From positions 1 to 13,383 of the forward strand of contig NW_003314553.1 of assembly GCF_000143415.4 (NCBI RefSeq): a stretch of DNA of 13,383 bases, written 5' to 3'. A model generated the notes under the pieces. It made no database searches and was not told the origin of the DNA. It was given only the letters and a program-made list of their open reading frames with translations. The position numbers were made by a program, and so were the translations under genes. Positions within the stretch are counted from its first letter, which is position 1. Every line of letters starts with the position of its first letter. The DNA is from Selaginella moellendorffii (Eukaryota > Plantae > Lycopodiophyta). Positions 1 through 7,260 of this stretch are shown here, one piece after another.

Positions 1-281
1 CACCCTAAACCCTAAACCCTAAACCCTAAAACCCTAAACCCTAAACCCTAAACCCTACCCCTAAACCCTAAACCCTAAACCCTAAACCCTAAACCCTAAA
101 CCCTAAACCCTAAACCCTAAACCCTAAACCTAAACCCTAAACCCTAAACCCTAAACCCTAAACCCTAAACCCTAAACCCTAAACCCTAAACCCTAAACCC
201 TAAAACCGGCTAAACCCTAAACCCTAAACCCTAAACCCTAAACCCTAAACCCTAAACCCTAAACCCTAAACCCTAAACCTA
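1..281. repeat. Terminal telomere tract (CCCTAAA)n, C-rich strand on +
   Basis: About 40 tandem CCCTAAA units from the window start, with occasional variants (CCCTAAAA, CCTAAA, AAAACCGGCTAAA at ~202-214). A C-rich + strand at position 1 fits a left chromosome end. Confidence 0.97.
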
Positions 282-404
282 CGACCAGCGACATCAAGCT
301 CTCCTTGCACGCTCGCGCCGCTCTAGCGACGCCTGTCGACGGGCCCCCCTCGCCTTCAAGCTGCCTTACACACTCCACAGTGCACAGCTAGGCTTGGGGG
401 ACAT

Positions 405-418
405 CCTAAACCCTAAAC
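405..418. repeat. Short internal telomeric stretch CCTAAACCCTAAAC
   Basis: Two telomere units inside otherwise unique sequence, in the same orientation as the flanking tracts. Confidence 0.85.
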
Positions 419-595
419 AGGTGATGGATGAAGCTCCCGCAGACACACTCCCCCGAGTGATTACGTGCTGGAGACGCTCCCCGAACCTCGGTTCGTTCCT
501 GGTCAGGGCCAAGCTCCCTCCGCGAGCTTAGCCACGTCTTGTACCACACTTTGCAAGACATGGAAGCATATGTTTGCATCTTTCTCCGCGTACCC

Positions 596-1031
596 GATGA
601 CTCCCAGGGTCTGGCCGATGGACTTCAGGTATGTCCAAAGTCACTCCAGGCCACCCCCCTTTCGAGTCAACGCCCGGTCAACGCGGAGTCAACGGTCAGA
701 ACGGAATATTCCCCAATATTCCGACTGTATCCCTGTTGACCGAGTCAAAACGGCATATACCGTTGGATTCCGCTCTTCCTTCCGATCGTGAATATGTGAG
801 TTTCAACTCTGAACTCCACACACGATTCGTTGAAAAGCGTGTATTCCGTTAAAACGGTACCGCTCCTTCGACATCGGCGATGCACGCCGACAGCTCGCGG
901 GATGGCTCTCCCCTGCACCACCGCTGGACTTCGGGTATGTATGAGTGACCTCAGGCCCTCCACCATCCCAGTCCACACACGGTCAACGCGGGGTCAACGG
1001 TCAACGACGGAATATTCTCAGAATATTCCCT
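596..1031 (+). repeat. Degenerate direct repeat, ~130 bp x2 (~596-722 and ~901-1031), period ~305 bp
   Basis: Collinear blocks: TGGACTTC(A/G)GGTATGT (619, 925), CAGGCC, CGGTCAACGCGG(A/G)GTCAACGGTCA (675, 980), ACGGAATATTC...AATATTCC. Confidence 0.85.
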
Positions 1032-1306
1032 GCAAAGTGGACCACGTTTTTCGTCGCCGGGTACGTACGAGTGACACAAGCATTGTGGACGTAACGCATG
1101 CATCATATCATGCTGCGTTTACAAGTTATCTTGCGTCAAAGGTACGTCACCCGCCGGCCGAACGCTTACTGTCTTCGGCGATCCGCCGAAGTCATTCTCC
1201 GCGACTACCACTGCTGTGGAGTAACCAACACCAGCTGTGCTACGTTCGCAACCTCGCGAGCCAACGCTGCCACGCCACTTCGCATGGCCGCCACACGGAC
1301 TCGCGC

Positions 1307-1330
1307 CACGTGACAGAGCCAAAATATAAG
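1307..1330 (+). promoter_or_regulatory. Possible core promoter upstream of the hammerhead (G-box plus TATA-like)
   Basis: CACGTG at 1307-1312 and TATAAG at 1325-1330, about 40 nt upstream of the ribozyme. Motif match only. Confidence 0.3.
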
Positions 1331-1366
1331 TAGAGTCGGCACCGAGCTAGGGTTAGGGTAGACACT

Positions 1367-1424
1367 AGACGACTACACCCGGCTGATGAGTCCCAAAAAG
1401 GACGAAACCGGTCTCGGGTTGTCT
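1367..1424 (+). ncRNA. Type I hammerhead ribozyme (minimal, palindromic stem III)
   Basis: Core CUGAUGA at 1383-1389. Stem II GUCC (1390-1393)/GGAC (1400-1403) with loop CAAAAA. GAAA at 1404-1407. Stem III is the palindrome ACCGGU at 1407-1412, with the GUC triplet at 1411-1413 (predicted cut after C1413). Stem I is CCGG (1379-1382)/UCGG (1414-1417), extended after a UACAC bulge by AGACGAC (1367-1373)/GUUGUCU (1418-1424). Confidence 0.93.
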
Positions 1425-1445
1425 CTTGTCCTCTCCCTCGCTCAC

Positions 1446-1465
1446 GAATGAATGAAAATTCATTC
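1446..1465 (+). other. Perfect 8-bp hairpin with GAAA (GNRA) tetraloop
   Basis: GAATGAAT-GAAA-ATTCATTC. Confidence 0.75.
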
Positions 1466-1583
1466 CCTCGCATCCTCTACTTGCTCTCGATCACGCCGTT
1501 TCGACAACGGCACACGGAGAATGTGGATTGCACAAAGTGGTGCCGCGATCTCGCCGGATTGCAGCACTGCGGGGTGTCTTTGA

Positions 1584-1883
1584 CCCTAAACGCCTAAACG
1601 CGCCTAAACCCTAAACCCTAAACCCTAAACCCTAAACCCTAAACCCTAAAACCGGTTAAACCCTAAACCCTAAACCCTAAACCCTAAACCCTAAACCCTA
1701 AACCCTAAACCGGTAAACCCTAAACCCTAAACCCTAAAACCCTAAACCCTAAACCCTAAACCCTAAACCCTAAACCCTAAACCCTAAACCCTAAACCCTA
1801 AACCCTAAACCGGTAAACCCTAAACCCTAAACCCTAAAACCCTAAACCCTAAACCCTAAACCCTAAACCCTAAACCCTAAACC
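1584..1883. repeat. Internal telomere tract (CCCTAAA)n with CCGGT-containing variants; probable earlier chromosome end
   Basis: About 300 bp of CCCTAAA. It starts with degenerate units (CGCCTAAA, CGCGCCTAAA at 1591-1608) and has variants ACCGGTTAAA (1651-1660) and CCGGTAAA (1710-1717, 1810-1817). Confidence 0.96.
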
Positions 1884-2164
1884 GCTTCGAGGGCATCGAT
1901 CCGAATTGGCTGGGCCCCCCATGCCATGCTGGCACCGTGCGTGCCTTGTCGAAAACGGCACACCCTTGCGACCGCTGGGCGAAAGGGGCAAACCCCGAGA
2001 GGTCCTTGCACCTCCTGTCACTGGGGAGGGTGCCCCCCACGAACACGAACCCAACGGCGCCAGTCCCACGCGAAACGCACGCACGGTTCGCGAGAAAACG
2101 GCCCCCAACGCCCGCATTCTCCATTATTCCGAGAGAATATTCCCTCCACTACTTAAATTGTGCC

Positions 2165-2264
2165 AAAAAGAGGTGGCTCCGGGTGGGTCTCGACCCAGGG
2201 ACCTATTTGAGTGGACTTGTTTTTAGATTGGGGGTCTCTGCCACTAGGCCTCTACCACCTCTCC
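2165..2264 (-). ncRNA. Candidate ~100-nt Pol III small RNA with vault-RNA-like/tRNA-derived architecture, copy 1
   Basis: Minus strand: GGAGAGGUGGUAG-AGGCCUAGUGG (A-box-like, 2241-2251)...GGGUCGAGACCC (B-box-like, 2185-2196)...GCCACCUCU-UUUU. There is a 9-bp terminal stem AGAGGUGGU/GCCACCUCU and a T5 run at 2165-2169. Confidence 0.55.
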
Positions 2265-2283
2265 GTTACATATTTCGTGTCGG

Positions 2284-2341
2284 TTAAATTTATTGGGTTT
2301 GTGGGGGAGGGGGTTTAACTAGCAAAGGGCGATTATGGGGA
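2284..2341 (-). promoter_or_regulatory. Putative upstream promoter for the small RNA: TATA-like plus USE-like; repeated in each unit
   Basis: On the minus strand, AATAAATTTAA lies at about -30..-20 (2284-2294) and TCCCCATAATCG at about -77..-66 (2330-2341), resembling the plant snRNA USE RTCCCACATCG. Confidence 0.4.
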
Positions 2342-2481
2342 GCGCTTAGTGCGATTAAGTGGGGCTTAAGTTGGGGCAATCGCGGCCGTCGGTGCGGTGG
2401 GGTGGTTGACCGGCGGCGATGAGTTTGACCGGCGGTCCCCGTGACACGTGGCTAGGGCTAGGGTCTGGATATGGGTTTTGC

Positions 2482-2765
2482 GCGAGTGGGCAAGATCCAT
2501 GGCTCGGTTTGCGGTGGGACTTGAACCGTTGGAAAGCTTGCGTGAGTCCACCCGTTTCCACAGAAACGGATCTGGATTTCGTCGCTCCACCGGCCCGCAC
2601 CATTGCGATGGGTTTGACGCTGGGTTTTCGAGCGAGTGGGCAACATCCATGGCTCGGTTTGCGGTGGGACTTGAACCGTTGGAAAGCTTGCGTGAGTCCA
2701 CCCGTTTCCACAGAAACGGATCCCGATTTCGTTGCTCCACCGTCCCACACCATTGCAATGGGTTT
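2482..2765 (+). repeat. Internal direct duplication within each unit (~134 bp x2, period 150 bp); recurs in every copy
   Basis: GCGAGTGGGCAA(G/C)ATCCATGGCTCGG...CACCATTGC(G/A)ATGGGTTT at 2482-2615 and 2632-2765, with a few substitutions. Confidence 0.95.
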
Positions 2766-3413
2766 TGTGCTGTTCCCGTTGCCATATCTCGTGGACCGTG
2801 GGCCCCCTTTCGCCCTTGGGCACATGGGAGCAACTGGGGCGGTGCGCGCAACTGGCCCATGTGGCCAAGTACATTTTTCCATGTCCTGGGCGCCTGCTTT
2901 TGTGGTTTTTCCCACGGAAGAAGATGCGTCCCACGTGGCGATCCGTGTGCCCGCCCGCACTCCGGCACCAACGGGGCCGGCCGGCGTGACGCCCCGGTCG
3001 CGGCCGTGCCAACGGATCGCGGGCCCCATGCGTGGGCTGCCGCCGGGAGTGCATCTCACTCTCGAGGAAAACACCGCACTGGCGCTCGGGCCTGCACTGG
3101 AACGCGACCCCAGGAGCGCCGTGGCGAAGCCCGCGTCGAGGGCATCGATCCGAATTGGCTGGGCCCCCCATGCCATGCTGGCACCGTGCGTGCCTTGTCG
3201 AAAACGGCACACCCTTGCGACCGCTGGGCGAAAGGGGCAAACCCCGAGAGGTCCTTGCACCTCCTGTCACTGGGGAGGGTGCCCCCCACGAACACGAACC
3301 CAACGGCGCCAGTCCCACGCGAAACGCACGCACGGTTCGCGAGAAAACGGCCCCCAACGCCCGCATTCTCCATTATTCCGAGAGAATATTCCCTCCACTA
3401 CTTAAATTGTGCC

Positions 3414-3513
3414 AAAAAGAGGTGGCTCCGGGTGGGTCTCGACCCAGGGACCTATTTGAGTGGACTTGTTTTTAGATTGGGGGTCTCTGCCACTAGGCCT
3501 CTACCACCTCTCC
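3414..3513 (-). ncRNA. Candidate Pol III small RNA, copy 2
   Basis: Same sequence as 2165-2264. Confidence 0.55.
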
Positions 3514-4662
3514 GTTACATATTTCGTGTCGGTTAAATTTATTGGGTTTGTGGGGGAGGGGGTTTAACTAGCAAAGGGCGATTATGGGGAGCGCTTAGTG
3601 CGATTAAGTGGGGCTTAAGTTGGGGCAATCGCGGCCGTCGGTGCGGTGGGGTGGTTGACCGGCGGCGATGAGTTTGACCGGCGGTCCCCGTGACACGTGG
3701 CTAGGGCTAGGGTCTGGATATGGGTTTTGCGCGAGTGGGCAAGATCCATGGCTCGGTTTGCGGTGGGACTTGAACCGTTGGAAAGCTTGCGTGAGTCCAC
3801 CCGTTTCCACAGAAACGGATCTGGATTTCGTCGCTCCACCGGCCCGCACCATTGCGATGGGTTTGACGCTGGGTTTTCGAGCGAGTGGGCAACATCCATG
3901 GCTCGGTTTGCGGTGGGACTTGAACCGTTGGAAAGCTTGCGTGAGTCCACCCGTTTCCACAGAAACGGATCCCGATTTCGTTGCTCCACCGTCCCACACC
4001 ATTGCAATGGGTTTTGTGCTGTTCCCGTTGCCATATCTCGTGGACCGTGGGCCCCCTTTCGCCCTTGGGCACATGGGAGCAACTGGGGCGGTGCGCGCAA
4101 CTGGCCCATGTGGCCAAGTACATTTTTCCATGTCCTGGGCGCCTGCTTTTGTGGTTTTTCCCACGGAAGAAGATGCGTCCCACGTGGCGATCCGTGTGCC
4201 CGCCCGCACTCCGGCACCAACGGGGCCGGCCGGCGTGACGCCCCGGTCGCGGCCGTGCCAACGGATCGCGGGCCCCATGCGTGGGCTGCCGCCGGGAGTG
4301 CATCTCACTCTCGAGGAAAACACCGCACTGGCGCTCGGGCCTGCACTGGAACGCGACCCCAGGAGCGCCGTGGCGAAGCCCGCGTCGAGGGCATCGATCC
4401 GAATTGGCTGGGCCCCCCATGCCATGCTGGCACCGTGCGTGCCTTGTCGAAAACGGCACACCCTTGCGACCGCTGGGCGAAAGGGGCAAACCCCGAGAGG
4501 TCCTTGCACCTCCTGTCACTGGGGAGGGTGCCCCCCACGAACACGAACCCAACGGCGCCAGTCCCACGCGAAACGCACGCACGGTTCGCGAGAAAACGGC
4601 CCCCAACGCCCGCATTCTCCATTATTCCGAGAGAATATTCCCTCCACTACTTAAATTGTGCC

Positions 4663-4762
4663 AAAAAGAGGTGGCTCCGGGTGGGTCTCGACCCAGGGAC
4701 CTATTTGAGTGGACTTGTTTTTAGATTGGGGGTCTCTGCCACTAGGCCTCTACCACCTCTCC
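4663..4762 (-). ncRNA. Candidate Pol III small RNA, copy 3
   Basis: Same sequence as 2165-2264. Confidence 0.55.
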
Positions 4763-5911
4763 GTTACATATTTCGTGTCGGTTAAATTTATTGGGTTTGT
4801 GGGGGAGGGGGTTTAACTAGCAAAGGGCGATTATGGGGAGCGCTTAGTGCGATTAAGTGGGGCTTAAGTTGGGGCAATCGCGGCCGTCGGTGCGGTGGGG
4901 TGGTTGACCGGCGGCGATGAGTTTGACCGGCGGTCCCCGTGACACGTGGCTAGGGCTAGGGTCTGGATATGGGTTTTGCGCGAGTGGGCAAGATCCATGG
5001 CTCGGTTTGCGGTGGGACTTGAACCGTTGGAAAGCTTGCGTGAGTCCACCCGTTTCCACAGAAACGGATCTGGATTTCGTCGCTCCACCGGCCCGCACCA
5101 TTGCGATGGGTTTGACGCTGGGTTTTCGAGCGAGTGGGCAACATCCATGGCTCGGTTTGCGGTGGGACTTGAACCGTTGGAAAGCTTGCGTGAGTCCACC
5201 CGTTTCCACAGAAACGGATCCCGATTTCGTTGCTCCACCGTCCCACACCATTGCAATGGGTTTTGTGCTGTTCCCGTTGCCATATCTCGTGGACCGTGGG
5301 CCCCCTTTCGCCCTTGGGCACATGGGAGCAACTGGGGCGGTGCGCGCAACTGGCCCATGTGGCCAAGTACATTTTTCCATGTCCTGGGCGCCTGCTTTTG
5401 TGGTTTTTCCCACGGAAGAAGATGCGTCCCACGTGGCGATCCGTGTGCCCGCCCGCACTCCGGCACCAACGGGGCCGGCCGGCGAGACGCCCCGGTCGCG
5501 GCCGTGCCAACGGATCGCGGGCCCCATGCGTGGGCTGCCGCCGGGAGTGCATCTCACTCTCGAGGAAAACACCGCACTGGCGCTCGGGCCTGCACTGGAA
5601 CGCGACCCCAGGAGCGCCGTGGCGAAGCCCGCGTCGAGGGCATCGATCCGAATTGGCTGGGCCCCCCATGCCATGCTGGCACCGTGCGTGCCTTGTCGAA
5701 AACGGCACACCCTTGCGACCGCTGGGCGAAAGGGGCAAACCCCGAGAGGTCCTTGCACCTCCTGTCACTGGGGAGGGTGCCCCCCACGAACACGAACCCA
5801 ACGGCGCCAGTCCCACGCGAAACGCACGCACGGTTCGCGAGAAAACGGCCCCCAACGCCCGCATTCTCCATTATTCCGAGAGAATATTCCCTCCACTACT
5901 TAAATTGTGCC

Positions 5912-6011
5912 AAAAAGAGGTGGCTCCGGGTGGGTCTCGACCCAGGGACCTATTTGAGTGGACTTGTTTTTAGATTGGGGGTCTCTGCCACTAGGCCTCT
6001 ACCACCTCTCC
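5912..6011 (-). ncRNA. Candidate Pol III small RNA, copy 4
   Basis: Same sequence as 2165-2264. Confidence 0.55.
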
Positions 6012-7160
6012 GTTACATATTTCGTGTCGGTTAAATTTATTGGGTTTGTGGGGGAGGGGGTTTAACTAGCAAAGGGCGATTATGGGGAGCGCTTAGTGCG
6101 ATTAAGTGGGGCTTAAGTTGGGGCAATCGCGGCCGTCGGTGCGGTGGGGTGGTTGACCGGCGGCGATGAGTTTGACCGGCGGTCCCCGTGACACGTGGCT
6201 AGGGCTAGGGTCTGGATATGGGTTTTGCGCGAGTGGGCAAGATCCATGGCTCGGTTTGCGGTGGGACTTGAACCGTTGGAAAGCTTGCGTGAGTCCACCC
6301 GTTTCCACAGAAACGGATCTGGATTTCGTCGCTCCACCGGCCCGCACCATTGCGATGGGTTTGACGCTGGGTTTTCGAGCGAGTGGGCAACATCCATGGC
6401 TCGGTTTGCGGTGGGACTTGAACCGTTGGAAAGCTTGCGTGAGTCCACCCGTTTCCACAGAAACGGATCCCGATTTCGTTGCTCCACCGTCCCACACCAT
6501 TGCAATGGGTTTTGTGCTGTTCCCGTTGCCATATCTCGTGGACCGTGGGCCCCCTTTCGCCCTTGGGCACATGGGAGCAACTGGGGCGGTGCGCGCAACT
6601 GGCCCATGTGGCCAAGTACATTTTTCCATGTCCTGGGCGCCTGCTTTTGTGGTTTTTCCCACGGAAGAAGATGCGTCCCACGTGGCGATCCGTGTGCCCG
6701 CCCGCACTCCGGCACCAACGGGGCCGGCCGGCGTGACGCCCCGGTCGCGGCCGTGCCAACGGATCGCGGGCCCCATGCGTGGGCTGCCGCCGGGAGTGCA
6801 TCTCACTCTCGAGGAAAACACCGCACTGGCGCTCGGGCCTGCACTGGAACGCGACCCCAGGAGCGCCGTGGCGAAGCCCGCGTCGAGGGCATCGATCCGA
6901 ATTGGCTGGGCCCCCCATGCCATGCTGGCACCGTGCGTGCCTTGTCGAAAACGGCACACCCTTGCGACCGCTGGGCGAAAGGGGCAAACCCCGAGAGGTC
7001 CTTGCACCTCCTGTCACTGGGGAGGGTGCCCCCCACGAACACGAACCCAACGGCGCCAGTCCCACGCGAAACGCACGCACGGTTCGCGAGAAAACGGCCC
7101 CCAACGCCCGCATTCTCCATTATTCCGAGAGAATATTCCCTCCACTACTTAAATTGTGCC

Positions 7161-7260
7161 AAAAAGAGGTGGCTCCGGGTGGGTCTCGACCCAGGGACCT
7201 ATTTGAGTGGACTTGTTTTTAGATTGGGGGTCTCTGCCACTAGGCCTCTACCACCTCTCC
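7161..7260 (-). ncRNA. Candidate Pol III small RNA, copy 5
   Basis: Same sequence as 2165-2264. Confidence 0.55.

Larger units (their letters stand above)
282..1608 (+). mobile_element. Putative telomere-associated Penelope-like element (endonuclease-deficient type): non-coding, 5'-truncated or non-autonomous piece containing a pLTR-like hammerhead region
   Basis: Non-telomeric DNA flanked on both sides by telomere repeats. It has a minimal type I hammerhead on the same strand as CCCTAAA, and its 3' end runs into degenerate then perfect CCCTAAA repeats. No RT ORF is visible, so the family assignment is inference. Confidence 0.6.

Noticed and set aside
1-140. Single-base variants in the distal telomere (CCCTAAAA, CCCTACCCC, CCTAAA) as meaningful
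   Set aside because: Homopolymer-length changes at a contig tip are indistinguishable from sequencing error or ordinary telomerase slippage.
465-1473. Short ORFs (66-167 aa) in the insert as a possible RT or endonuclease
   Set aside because: No RT (YxDD in context), GIY-YIG or other motif; they are short, overlapping and run through the degenerate DNA repeat.
2165-2264. Bona fide tRNA gene
   Set aside because: It has A/B-box-like motifs and an AGGUC before the T-arm-like part, but no proper D or anticodon arm, the T-loop lacks UUC, and the cloverleaf spacing fails.
2165-2264. Telomerase RNA
   Set aside because: The loop has only CUAAA, not the more than one full CCCUAAA repeat needed as a template, and the RNA is short.
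2295-2405. G-quadruplex-forming G-runs in each unit
   Set aside because: G-runs are present but irregularly spaced and expected in GC-rich DNA; there is no independent support.
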